Assembly (NCBI RefSeq): GCF_000186885.1 | Contig: NC_014972.1 | Coordinates: 420,001 to 452,000 of the forward strand | DNA from: Desulfobulbus propionicus DSM 2032 | Lineage (GTDB): Bacteria; Desulfobacterota; Desulfobulbia; Desulfobulbales; Desulfobulbaceae | Direction of reading: 5' to 3' | DNA: 32,000 nt | Shown here: positions 1-7,814 of the stretch, piece after piece | How the letters are laid out: each line of letters begins with the position of its first letter | Numbering within the stretch: position 1 is the first letter of the stretch | Program-made: the position numbers and the translations under genes | The notes under the pieces: model-generated | What the model was told of the DNA's origin: nothing | The model's database searches: none | What the model saw: only the letters and a program-made list of their open reading frames with translations

Positions 1-70
1 ATAAGCGTATCGAAGAACGCTTGGAACCAAGAAAGTATTATTTTAATCAAAGAATCCATTGCATCAGCCC

Positions 71-1477
71 TTAGCTGAAAAGAACCATGACCGCTTTACC
101 AGTGCCGATAATGCACAGTATGGCAAAGAAAAAATTCATTACCTTCACAACTGAATCAAACGGCGCCATATCAAGAACCATTGGATCAGTTATGAAACGG
201 CTCGACAAATCAACAGTAATTTTTGGAGGATATTCACAACCGCTGCCTTCAACGTAGCCGAGGCAATCAAGAAGCAGGTTGGGGAGTTGATATAGGGCTG
301 TTTCTTGGAATGCGACTGAGGCATTCAAGATTTGCTCATAATTAATGCATGAAGACAGGCCGTCGGACAGGTCACATGTAGGGGTATACCAAGAGGTTGG
401 GACTGGATAGTTAGGTTCAGATTCGGGATCAGGTTCCGATTGATTTGCGGCGGATTGAGCAGCGGTAACTGCTGCCTGCAATGCAGCAATTTGGGCAGTA
501 GCATTATCAGCGTTTGAATTGACAATCTCTTGAGCAACCGTAGCGGCAGCTTGTGCAACTGAAGTTGCATTATCCTTGAGAGCTTGCGCGACTTCGGCAG
601 CGGTAAGGGTGGGCTCTGTCAGGGTGTCAACGGATGCGCCCGGAACCGCATCGGCAATTTTCTTTTTCGCGTCGGGCAAATCTTTAATGGCTTGCTGTAA
701 ATCCGAAGCAACTTCAGGCGCCGGGCTTACAAGACCATCGGCCAAGCCGGGATAGCTGACGCCGGGTGATGGTTTGTATGTCGGTTCCTTTGTCTCAAGA
801 CTCCCTTTCGCTATCCAAACTCTATAGGTGGTAGCTCCGTAGGAATTGACGGAAGTATCATTCAAATCGAGAAAAACAGCCTGAGAGGGAGTTGCATAGA
901 TAAGCGTAGAATAAACAGATTTAGGGTATGTGGACCCGTTGTTGTTGAAATAAGTGAGAGTCGTGTAATTGGCAGCGTATGGAGCTTGTGTGATCTCAAA
1001 AAATGTACCGTCCGTAAGTTCGAGAACAACACCGACAAAAAAATCTGATGGATTCACGGAGACAGGCAAAGAGTTAGCTTCTATCAAGTTCTTGAGGCTA
1101 GTGTATGCACCGGATGCGGAGGTTCTAACCTGATCTACAATATCAGCAATTGACGCACCCACAGCGGCAGCCTTAGCCGCATAGTAATTTTGAGCCGTGG
1201 TAAGAGATTGAGGGGTGAAAAGGGCACCAACGGCCTGAGCAAGATAAGAGGGCTGGAACACAGCGTCGGCCGCCGTGGCGACGGCACCGGAAGCCGTCTT
1301 GACATATTGGGGTATTTGCCCGGTTTGGGCGTAATAGGTTCCGGCGGAAGTTGCCGCCATGGATGCACCAATGGCAGCGGCCGCTATGAGGGCAACGGGA
1401 ACGGCAGAGTGACTTTGCGGCGGTTGCGCAAAGGTGCAGCAGTAGAAAAAGACGGTGAGCAGGGCGATCCGTTTCAT
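71..1477 (-). CDS. Putative inovirus minor coat / adsorption (pIII-like) protein; secreted, C-terminal membrane anchor
   Basis: 468 aa ORF with N-terminal signal peptide (MKRIALLTVFFYCCTF), Ala/Gln-rich middle, Pro-rich linker and hydrophobic C-terminal segment; co-directional with and downstream of the Zot-like gene. Assigned by architecture and position only. Confidence 0.55.
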   Translation of the reverse strand: MKRIALLTVFFYCCTFAQPPQSHSAVPVALIAAAAIGASMAATSAGTYYAQTGQIPQYVKTASGAVATAADAVFQPSYLAQAVGALFTPQSLTTAQNYYAAKAAAVGASIADIVDQVRTSASGAYTSLKNLIEANSLPVSVNPSDFFVGVVLELTDGTFFEITQAPYAANYTTLTYFNNNGSTYPKSVYSTLIYATPSQAVFLDLNDTSVNSYGATTYRVWIAKGSLETKEPTYKPSPGVSYPGLADGLVSPAPEVASDLQQAIKDLPDAKKKIADAVPGASVDTLTEPTLTAAEVAQALKDNATSVAQAAATVAQEIVNSNADNATAQIAALQAAVTAAQSAANQSEPDPESEPNYPVPTSWYTPTCDLSDGLSSCINYEQILNASVAFQETALYQLPNLLLDCLGYVEGSGCEYPPKITVDLSSRFITDPMVLDMAPFDSVVKVMNFFFAILCIIGTGKAVMVLFS

Positions 1478-1881
1478 CTTTTAGCCCCCTTGACCAGCTG
1501 CCCGCCGGTGAGATCGTCGCCGCACTGACAGCGGAAATGCTCGTCAAAGGGTTGGAAGTCCTGACCGATGCAGACGAAGCGGAACATATCGCCGCGCTCC
1601 GCACACGACCGCTCACAGATAGCGAGATATTCCCGGCAGGGCTTGGCCTGCTTGATCCGCATCGAGGGGCTGGTTGTGGTGGTGTAGGGAAACCCGCCGC
1701 CAAAGGTGCCGGTATTGCCCGGCGTGTCCTGAGCAGGGTTGGAGGCGGACGCCGAGCTGGATTGCGGGGTAGAAGGGGTCCGAGAGTAGGTGACGCCGCC
1801 GTTAGCGCTGTTGAGCCCAAAGCCGAAGATGTTCAGGAAAGCAAGACAAAGAAGAAAAAAGATATTAGGCATGGCAGGCAC
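1474..1881 (-). CDS. Small Cys-containing secreted protein in inovirus module
   Basis: Hydrophobic N-terminus (MPNIFFLLCLAFLNIFGFG) and Cys-rich C-terminal half; overlaps the flanking phage genes. Start may be an internal Met. Confidence 0.5.
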   Translation of the reverse strand: MPAMPNIFFLLCLAFLNIFGFGLNSANGGVTYSRTPSTPQSSSASASNPAQDTPGNTGTFGGGFPYTTTTSPSMRIKQAKPCREYLAICERSCAERGDMFRFVCIGQDFQPFDEHFRCQCGDDLTGGQLVKGAKR

Positions 1882-2713
1882 CTGGATTAATGATTTCTCG
1901 GTAATCGTGAATAAAGGAGGATTCGGTTATCGCCTGATGTTTTTCCCTCAGTTCCTGAACGGCGGTCCTGTAATATATTTGCGGATCAAGGCCGAGGGGT
2001 TCGAGGCCAAATTCCTCTTCCAGGGCGTCATTCTTGAAAAGTTCGAAGGAGTCGTATAAGTCGCAGGTGTCGAAGTCTAATTTGTAGGTGAATTTATCTT
2101 CCATCATGCCTTTGAAGGTGCCTTCACCGTTGACGATGGATTGTGTGGCAAAACGAGGATGCTTGTAAAAAAGGCCGAGCGAAATCCCGAGAAGCTTTCT
2201 CTTCTGCATGTTTCGACACCAGGTAACCAAGTCCACCTTGCCGCGAATCTGCTTGTCGATGTCCTCGGAATTGTGCGACATGAAAATTGCTTGAATTTTG
2301 AGTTTTCGTATATTGATGAAATATTCGATAAATTGGTTGTTTCTGGATTTTCGATAATCCCTGGCGTTAAAATAAAGACTGGCTTCATCGAAAACTTGTA
2401 GCCCCCATTCTTCGCGCGTTTTTGCCTGTTTCCCGGTGGCAAGCTGAGAAACCTTTTCGGCAAATTCATAGCATGAAGCCACGGAGCCAAAACGGAAGGC
2501 TCGGTTATAGAACTCGCAGGCTTTATCTAAAATTTCTTGATCGGAGACATAAGGCGGAAGGATGCGCGAGGCATATTTGATGGCCCAATCATCGACAAGC
2601 GGGTAGTTCAGGCCAATAACGCCGCCGCGACGCAGGAACTTGAAGGCTATTGAATTGACGATAGCGGATTTGCCGTTACCCATGGCACCGCAGAACATTT
2701 CGATGACAGCCAT
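1865..2713 (-). CDS. Zot/pI-like inovirus assembly ATPase
   Basis: N-terminal Walker A GAMGNGKS, Walker B-like WGLQVFDEAS, then HNSEDIDKQIRGKVDLVTWCRN, typical of the Zonula occludens toxin/pI family. Confidence 0.85.
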   Translation of the reverse strand: MAVIEMFCGAMGNGKSAIVNSIAFKFLRRGGVIGLNYPLVDDWAIKYASRILPPYVSDQEILDKACEFYNRAFRFGSVASCYEFAEKVSQLATGKQAKTREEWGLQVFDEASLYFNARDYRKSRNNQFIEYFINIRKLKIQAIFMSHNSEDIDKQIRGKVDLVTWCRNMQKRKLLGISLGLFYKHPRFATQSIVNGEGTFKGMMEDKFTYKLDFDTCDLYDSFELFKNDALEEEFGLEPLGLDPQIYYRTAVQELREKHQAITESSFIHDYREIINPGACHA

Positions 2714-2865
2714 TATCTGAAATACATGAAACGGGAAAAGACACGAAGACCGGCAATCACAGCGATGAGCGAGGCAATAACCCCGAAAATGCTCACCACC
2801 GAGATTGCCAGCCAGCCGGTTGCAGCCGTGGCCATGTCAAAATATGAAATGGACGGCAAGCCCAT
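2713..2865 (-). CDS. Small single-TM phage protein (50 aa), absent from the supplied ORF track
   Basis: Hand translation MGLPSISYFDMATAATGWLAISVVSIFGVIASLIAVIAGLRVFSRFMYFR*; overlaps the Zot start by one base (translational coupling). Confidence 0.6.
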   Translation of the reverse strand: MGLPSISYFDMATAATGWLAISVVSIFGVIASLIAVIAGLRVFSRFMYFR

Positions 2866-2867
2866 GA

Positions 2868-3017
2868 TTAACGCCCCTGGATGAGACGGCTGAACATGGA
2901 CAACCCAACCTGAACACCCTTAATGGAACCGTAGATGCCCATACCGCCCGTAATAGCCAGGGCGATCATGGAGGTTACTTCAGTTGCGGCGTCAGTAAAG
3001 TTGGCAGCGCTAAGCAT
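2868..3017 (-). CDS. Candidate inovirus major coat protein (pVIII-like), 49 aa
   Basis: MLSAANFTDAATEVTSMIALAITGGMGIYGSIKGVQVGLSMFSRLIQGR: short amphipathic N-terminus, one TM helix, basic C-terminus. Start trimmed from the track ORF 2868..3056. Confidence 0.6.
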   Translation of the reverse strand: MLSAANFTDAATEVTSMIALAITGGMGIYGSIKGVQVGLSMFSRLIQGR

Positions 3018-3063
3018 AATATGCCTCCTGTGCTGATTGAACGGTTTGAGGGCCAAGGCCCCG

Positions 3064-3186
3064 TTATAGCCAAAGTATGGATTTCAGGAAGTTGAGCGCC
3101 AAATGGAAGCCCACGGCTGAAATCCAAATCAGCAGGCCGACCGCGAAGGATGATCCGAAAATTTGGATGAAATCAAATTCGCTCAT
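3064..3186 (-). CDS. Small single-TM phage protein (40 aa), absent from the ORF track
   Basis: MSEFDFIQIFGSSFAVGLLIWISAVGFHLALNFLKSILWL*; overlaps the preceding ORF stop. Confidence 0.5.
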   Translation of the reverse strand: MSEFDFIQIFGSSFAVGLLIWISAVGFHLALNFLKSILWL

Positions 3187-3335
3187 TATCGGCCCAATCG
3201 TATTTGAATGGTCGATGCCACGATGTTGGCAGCCAGTAACCCGGCATTGATTGCGAGCAACGTGGCAAGCCAGTAACCAATTGTTCTTAGCTCTTCGAGG
3301 TGCCCGAAGAGAGTAAGCACGTCATCGGAGGTCAT
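3186..3335 (-). CDS. Small single-TM phage protein (49 aa), absent from the ORF track
   Basis: MTSDDVLTLFGHLEELRTIGYWLATLLAINAGLLAANIVASTIQIRLGR*; overlaps both neighbours by 1-4 nt. Confidence 0.5.
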   Translation of the reverse strand: MTSDDVLTLFGHLEELRTIGYWLATLLAINAGLLAANIVASTIQIRLGR

Positions 3336-3601
3336 GCCAAGTTGAAGCCAATAATCCGACCTTCATAAAACGATGGCATAATCTTCACCGAGACAGGTTC
3401 AAAATCATGGAACTTGGTCAAGTCGGTGCCAGTGGGAACCTCGATCTGAAGGGAAGATGTAGCGCCGGGAAGATTGATCAAAAGTTGAGTGACCACTTCA
3501 CCGGTTTTTTTCCGGGTATACTGACGGAAACCGTTACAGATGCCTTTTACGAACATCCCGAAATTCTCTTTGCGTTGTTCAGGAGTTTTTTCAGTTGTCA
3601 T
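3332..3601 (-). CDS. Candidate inovirus ssDNA-binding protein (pV/RstB-like)
   Basis: 89 aa small soluble protein placed just before the coat-gene cluster; assigned by position and size, no decisive motif. Confidence 0.4.
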   Translation of the reverse strand: MTTEKTPEQRKENFGMFVKGICNGFRQYTRKKTGEVVTQLLINLPGATSSLQIEVPTGTDLTKFHDFEPVSVKIMPSFYEGRIIGFNLA

Positions 3602-3605
3602 TGTT

Positions 3606-3893
3606 CTACCTCTGAATGTTGAGTTGATGGTTCAAGTCATGGGTTAGGGTAAGGGGGAAGGTGAATTGCCCGATCAGCCTGCCCTGGTCCGACGGACCCA
3701 GGGCAGGCTGATCGGGGGAAAAAGTTATTCTGTTATGGCAACGAGGACAGACAAGCTGATCTACTCGACGGTTCAGAACAAGCAGCGGCGCCAACTGATA
3801 CCGCTCCTTGCACCGCGCGCAGAGAATGACGGCCACTTCGTGGAGCGGATATTTTTTTGATCCGGATATGTCTTTGCCGAGATGGTATTTCAT
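3606..3893 (-). CDS. Small zinc-ribbon-like protein
   Basis: CARC...CPRC motif pair in a 95 aa ORF; its 3' end contains the hairpin at 3669-3716. Confidence 0.45.
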   Translation of the reverse strand: MKYHLGKDISGSKKYPLHEVAVILCARCKERYQLAPLLVLNRRVDQLVCPRCHNRITFSPDQPALGPSDQGRLIGQFTFPLTLTHDLNHQLNIQR

Positions 3894-4087
3894 CAGGTGA
3901 GCCTCGATTTTTCCGGAATGACTGGTTGGCTCTCCTGGTAGGATTTGTACATCAGGGGAAAAAGCCGTGTATGGATACGCGCGAAAAGTGAGAGCAGTTG
4001 ACAGTAGATGAGCAAGCCGAACCCGAGGAAAACGAGAAACAGACCGAAAAGAATCAGGGAATCATGATAAGTCATGGATAACCTCAC
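3893..4087 (-). CDS. Small membrane protein
   Basis: 64 aa with one strong TM segment (LILFGLFLVFLGFGLLIYC); overlaps its neighbours. Confidence 0.45.
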   Translation of the reverse strand: MRLSMTYHDSLILFGLFLVFLGFGLLIYCQLLSLFARIHTRLFPLMYKSYQESQPVIPEKSRLT

Positions 4088-4287
4088 AGAATTCGTAATT
4101 TGTTGAGTTCGTACTGAAGAATGTCGGCGGTAAGGTTGCGAAAGGCTTCGGCATAATCGGAACCGATTTGGATATCGCCGTAATTGGTGTGAATGGTGAA
4201 CCCGCTCATCATGTCGGGAACTTGCCGGGTGAGGGCGTATTTCAGTTTTTTAATGGTCGGTTCGTCGGTGGAAGTGATGGTTGGCAT
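4084..4287 (-). CDS. Hypothetical first gene of the phage leftward operon (67 aa)
   Basis: MPTITSTDEPTIKKLKYALTRQVPDMM...; start placed at the internal Met with a plausible RBS; directly downstream of the operator array. Confidence 0.45.
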   Translation of the reverse strand: MPTITSTDEPTIKKLKYALTRQVPDMMSGFTIHTNYGDIQIGSDYAEAFRNLTADILQYELNKLRIL

Positions 4288-4317
4288 GGCCGTCTCTTTA
4301 TTAGAAGTGGTGAGGTT

Positions 4318-4391
4318 ATAAGTTTTCTTATTGATTGAAACCTTATAATAGGAAAACCTATTGGTCAACAAAAAAATATAAGATTTCTTAT
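4318..4391. promoter_or_regulatory. Operator array, three ATARG-N4-CYTAT palindromes
   Basis: ATAAGTTTTCTTAT (4318-4331), ATAGGAAAACCTAT (4348-4361), ATAAGATTTCTTAT (4378-4391); centres at 4324.5, 4354.5 and 4384.5, exactly 30 bp apart, between divergent genes. Confidence 0.8.
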
Positions 4392-4797
4392 GAAAAGTGA
4401 ATTTGAAGAAATATGGGAAAGGATAAAGATCGAAACAAACTTAAAAAGCCTTCAAGGGCTTGCTAATATTATAAAAATATCGCAACCTGCTGTTTCGGAA
4501 ATGAAATCAAAAGGTAAATTCCCGCCAGGTTGGGCCTATTTAGTTGGAAAAGAATTTGGATTGCTGACAGAATGGATAATGACGGGTGTAGGGCCTAAAA
4601 CCTTAGAGGAACTAAAAGGAGATATGGCCTTTTACGAAGAACTTGAAGAGTGGGCGAAGGAAACGGGCAGATCGGAAAACACACAATGGTTGAAAAACCA
4701 GATCGAAAGTTTTTTCCCGATGTTCAGTGAATGGAAGAAAAGAAAGGCCGAAGGGGGAATTGCTCAGCCTGAGTCCCCATCATCAAAGGTAGCATAA
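4390..4797 (+). CDS. Phage CI-like HTH transcriptional repressor
   Basis: LQGLANIIKISQPAVSEMKSKGKFPPGWAYLVGKEFGLLTEWIMTG: helix-turn-helix of the Bac_CI_repr type; divergent from the phage operon. Confidence 0.75.
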   Translation: MKSEFEEIWERIKIETNLKSLQGLANIIKISQPAVSEMKSKGKFPPGWAYLVGKEFGLLTEWIMTGVGPKTLEELKGDMAFYEELEEWAKETGRSENTQWLKNQIESFFPMFSEWKKRKAEGGIAQPESPSSKVA

Positions 4798-4867
4798 AAA
4801 GTGTTTAAAAGTTGTAAAATTTCAAGTTGTTACAACGTGGTGTTAAAGCAATATAATGAGGTAACTT

Positions 4868-5311
4868 GTGACCGTTTTGAATCCTAACGACAACTTTTCA
4901 GGCAAAAGAAGTGAAGATTTAACCGGGTACAAATTCACAAAATACGGCGAAAAAAATGTATCAAACGTCAAATGGACCTATGATTTTACCCCGTTAAAAA
5001 AATGGGCTTTATTCATCCTAAGCGCTTGTTTCGTTGGAGCCTTGGGAGCATTATTGATTGGACAAAGACAAAAGATTGAACAGCAAAAAGAAATAGCCAT
5101 CGAAGCGCAAGATGCGCGAAAACATTATCTCCAAAAGATACTTGAGGACGTCAAGCAACAAACCATAGCTGAAGAGCGCCGGAAAAGCATGGCAACCGAA
5201 AACACAGTCGTTGAACCAGCAAAACAACAGCAACCTCGAGGCAAGAAACTGTACAGCTGGGTTAACGAAAATGGTCAAACTGTTTATTCAAATAAGCCGA
5301 AACCAGAATGA
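4868..5311 (+). CDS. Membrane protein with C-terminal DUF4124-like segment
   Basis: TM segment WALFILSACFVGALGALLIG, coiled-coil-like middle, C-terminal LYSWVNENGQTVYSNKP. Confidence 0.6.
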   Translation: MTVLNPNDNFSGKRSEDLTGYKFTKYGEKNVSNVKWTYDFTPLKKWALFILSACFVGALGALLIGQRQKIEQQKEIAIEAQDARKHYLQKILEDVKQQTIAEERRKSMATENTVVEPAKQQQPRGKKLYSWVNENGQTVYSNKPKPE

Positions 5312-5322
5312 ACGTTACCGAA

Positions 5323-5604
5323 TCAGGCCGGTTCAAGCTCCAGGTGAACACGCCGACCTAAAGCCGTTGCAATGTTCACTAAAGCATCCAAGGAGAAACG
5401 AGAGACACGACCACGCAATAAATCATTGATACGGGGTTGAGTCACACCGCAATGCAAGGCGGCATCGGCCTGCTTCCATTCATTGGCTTTAATAATGGCT
5501 GCAATCTGGCGCATCAGTTCAGCCCTTGCCCGAAGATTGGCAGCCTGTTCCGGTGTGTCGGTTAATGCATCCCAAATATTGTTATAGGTTTCCATTTCGA
5601 TCAT
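5323..5604 (-). CDS. HigA-like XRE-family antitoxin
   Basis: HTH WKQADAALHCGVTQPRINDLLRGRVSRFSLDALVNIATALGRRVHLEL; overlaps the upstream toxin stop by 4 nt. Confidence 0.8.
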   Translation of the reverse strand: MIEMETYNNIWDALTDTPEQAANLRARAELMRQIAAIIKANEWKQADAALHCGVTQPRINDLLRGRVSRFSLDALVNIATALGRRVHLELEPA

Positions 5605-5933
5605 TTGAACACCTTCATCAGTTCAGAGTATCGGAATTTAGCAAGGTCGATATCCTTTCTTGAAGTTGCTTGCGTTTTCTTCTGAAATGCGTGGAGCACA
5701 AACACCGCGTCAGCAAGCCTTGCAGTATAGATAATGCGGAAAGTTCCGGATTCATCCCAGATGCGAATTTCTTCTACTCCTTTGCCGATAGAAGGCATGG
5801 GCTTAAAATCATCTGGCTGTTCCCCTCGTTGCACCTTATCAAGCTGATAACCGGAATCCTGCCGGGCACCCTCCGGAAAGGAACGTAAGCACTTCAAAGA
5901 ATCCCCGAGAAATCGAATCACTTTCATAAACAA
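5601..5933 (-). CDS. HigB/Gp49-like RelE-superfamily toxin
   Basis: KPMPSIGKGVEEIRIWDESGTFRIIYTARLADAVFVLHAFQKKTQATSRKDIDLAKFR, typical phage-derived Gp49-like/HigB sequence. Confidence 0.85.
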   Translation of the reverse strand: MFMKVIRFLGDSLKCLRSFPEGARQDSGYQLDKVQRGEQPDDFKPMPSIGKGVEEIRIWDESGTFRIIYTARLADAVFVLHAFQKKTQATSRKDIDLAKFRYSELMKVFK

Positions 5934-5934
5934 A

Positions 5935-5954
5935 TTATATTCAATTGGATATAA
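5935..5954. promoter_or_regulatory. Near-palindromic probable operator of the higBA-like pair
   Basis: TTATATTCAATTGGATATAA equals its reverse complement at 18/20 positions, immediately upstream of the toxin start. Confidence 0.5.
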
Positions 5955-6101
5955 AAAAACAAGCTTAAATGTGTCCCGAAAGCCTTGAAGCTGAAGGATT
6001 TTTGAAGGACATTTTCCCCCAAAAATAAGGAAAAGAAAAGAGCTGTGTGGAGAAAAATATAATAAAAATAGCTATATAGATCGGGAAAGCGTGCTGTTTT
6101 G

Positions 6102-6149
6102 CGGCCTTTCACGCCGGCAACACCGGTTCAAATCCGGTTGGGGACGCCA
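6102..6149 (+). pseudogene. 3' fragment of tRNA-Glu(TTC), probable attachment-site remnant
   Basis: cggcctttcacgccggcaacaccggttcaaatccggttggggacgcca: anticodon arm with CTTTCAC loop, T-arm ACCGG-TTCAAAT-CCGGT, 3' acceptor strand and CCA. No matching 5' acceptor strand or D-arm upstream. Confidence 0.8.
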
Positions 6150-6156
6150 AAATATC

Positions 6157-6192
6157 AGCCTGTTAGCTCTCGCCAGCTAGCAGGCTTTTTTT
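6157..6192 (+). terminator. Rho-independent terminator downstream of the tRNA fragment
   Basis: AGCCTGTTAGCT-CTCGCC-AGCTAGCAGGCT followed by a T run (12 bp stem, one wobble). Confidence 0.85.
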
Positions 6193-6392
6193 GTTGGTGA
6201 GTCACAAGTGACTTGTCCTCCTTTCAAAATACACAATGAGGGCAAACAGACTTCAGCAGGTGAATATATTGCGTTCCCCTTTTTCGTGCCTGCTGGTCAA
6301 AATTTCAATCCTTTCATTCTTTCCTTTGCAAATCCTGTAACTTGACGGTATTGCTTGCACACTAGACCGATTGTTCCCCCGCATCCCGCCGG

Positions 6393-7139
6393 GTGAGGAC
6401 CGCCATGACGCTATCCTTGTGTGCCAGCGAACTCGACCGTCAATCACCCTTTGGTTTTACTTGTCGTCGCTGCCTTACTTGTTGTCGCTTCAAGAAGATT
6501 CAGCTCAACCCGTACGAAACCGCCCGCCTGGCTGGTCGTTTGGGAATCTCCACCACCGATTTCATTGCTCGCTATACCACCGGCGGCACCGTGTTGCGCT
6601 TTGATGATCAAGGTGCCTGCGTTTTTCTGCAGGCCGACGGTTGTACGGTTCATCCCGACCGGCCGCTAGTGTGTCGGCTGTATCCGCTTGGCCGCTACGT
6701 TGATTCCCTGGGCGTGGAAACCTTTGCCCAGCTGGCCCTTGAGGATGGTTGTCAGGGAGAGCTCCATGCCCAAGGCACCATTGCCCGCTACCTGCAGGAC
6801 CAAGAGGCCTTTCCCTTCATGGAAGCCGCTGACCTCTATCTCGATCTGCTATGGTATCTTGTCGAACATCTACATGAGCAGGATCTTGCACCACTCCAGG
6901 CAACAGCGGTCAGCGACGCGGCGGGGGGAGAGGCCGAAGCGGAAAGCGATGATAGGTGCCAACTGGTCTGGATTGACCTTGATCGGACGGTGCGCGAATA
7001 CTGCCAACGCACCGGCACCCCGGTGCCCGGCGACATCGATGCACGGATGAAACTGCAAATAAAGGCTGTCCGGCAGTGGGCAGCACAACCTCAAGGAGGA
7101 GACAGGTATGGAAACGACCCAGAACCGGCAGGTGGATAA
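6393..7139 (+). CDS. YkgJ-family cysteine-cluster (metal-chelating-like) protein
   Basis: FTCRRCLTCCRF near the N-terminus, then GACVFLQADGCTVHPDRPLVCRLYPLGR, the CxxCxxCC ... C...C...CRxYP pattern. Confidence 0.8.
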   Translation: MRTAMTLSLCASELDRQSPFGFTCRRCLTCCRFKKIQLNPYETARLAGRLGISTTDFIARYTTGGTVLRFDDQGACVFLQADGCTVHPDRPLVCRLYPLGRYVDSLGVETFAQLALEDGCQGELHAQGTIARYLQDQEAFPFMEAADLYLDLLWYLVEHLHEQDLAPLQATAVSDAAGGEAEAESDDRCQLVWIDLDRTVREYCQRTGTPVPGDIDARMKLQIKAVRQWAAQPQGGDRYGNDPEPAGG

Positions 7140-7419
7140 GGACCAACAAGCAGCGAATCACTCGCTGAAAAAAAGTTTGGCGATTGCAACGGTGGCGGTT
7201 TCGCTGGGTATCGCCTTGGGGGTGGATGTCGTTGATGTCCTGGCAGGAGAAGGACCGGGCAGTCCTCCAACGCGCGCCCTTTCTCGTCAGGACAAGGATC
7301 TTGTTTCAAAGCAGCATAAGGATGTCAGTCAGATCCAGCAATCGACGCGACAGTCGATTAATCAGTCGAAACAAATCAAAATCGATAGCCACCCCTCTCA
7401 GACCATCTACGGAAAATAA
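7108..7419 (+). CDS. Hypothetical small protein with one TM/signal segment
   Basis: 103 aa; SLAIATVAVSLGIALGVDVVDVLA hydrophobic segment; overlaps the upstream gene. Confidence 0.45.
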   Translation: METTQNRQVDKDQQAANHSLKKSLAIATVAVSLGIALGVDVVDVLAGEGPGSPPTRALSRQDKDLVSKQHKDVSQIQQSTRQSINQSKQIKIDSHPSQTIYGK

Positions 7420-7454
7420 AAACAATCTTCCGGTTTCTTTTCCGCGTTGTTTTT

Positions 7455-7484
7455 CCGGCCACGGCGGCTTGCTTCCGTGGCCGG
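7455..7484. terminator. Perfect 10-bp hairpin downstream of 7108..7419
   Basis: CCGGCCACGG-CGGCTTGCTT-CCGTGGCCGG; no strong T tract follows, so the terminator role is tentative. Confidence 0.35.
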
Positions 7485-7814
7485 TTCTCGCTTGACACCT
7501 TCAACGCGGTATAAAAACTCCTCGCCGATCAGGCGGTTGACAATAGCAAAGGAATATGGATGCCAGGTCCAGATCTTCGGCTGTTTGGGGCCGGTGTTGG
7601 CTCCATGAACTAGCCCCGCCAGCCAGCGGTTATCCTATTCGCGCTGAGCCAAGACACATTTAATCCTCAGTTTTTATGCGAATCGATTGTGAGCCGGTGT
7701 ACATTCTCTTATTCTAGCCGAGGACAGAACCATCTCTTGAGCGGAGTTCCTTGCCTTGTCTGGAGAGATGCCCCTTTTTCATGAGGGAATGAAAACCACC
7801 ACCTTTTTTCGTTA

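Noticed and set aside
6200-6213. AGTCAC-AA-GTGACT palindrome
   Set aside because: Short isolated palindrome just after a terminator with no repeat or promoter context.
7485-7814. Possible gene or pseudogene between 7419 and the regulator
   Set aside because: Only fragmentary frames without a recognisable family; not enough to call a pseudogene.
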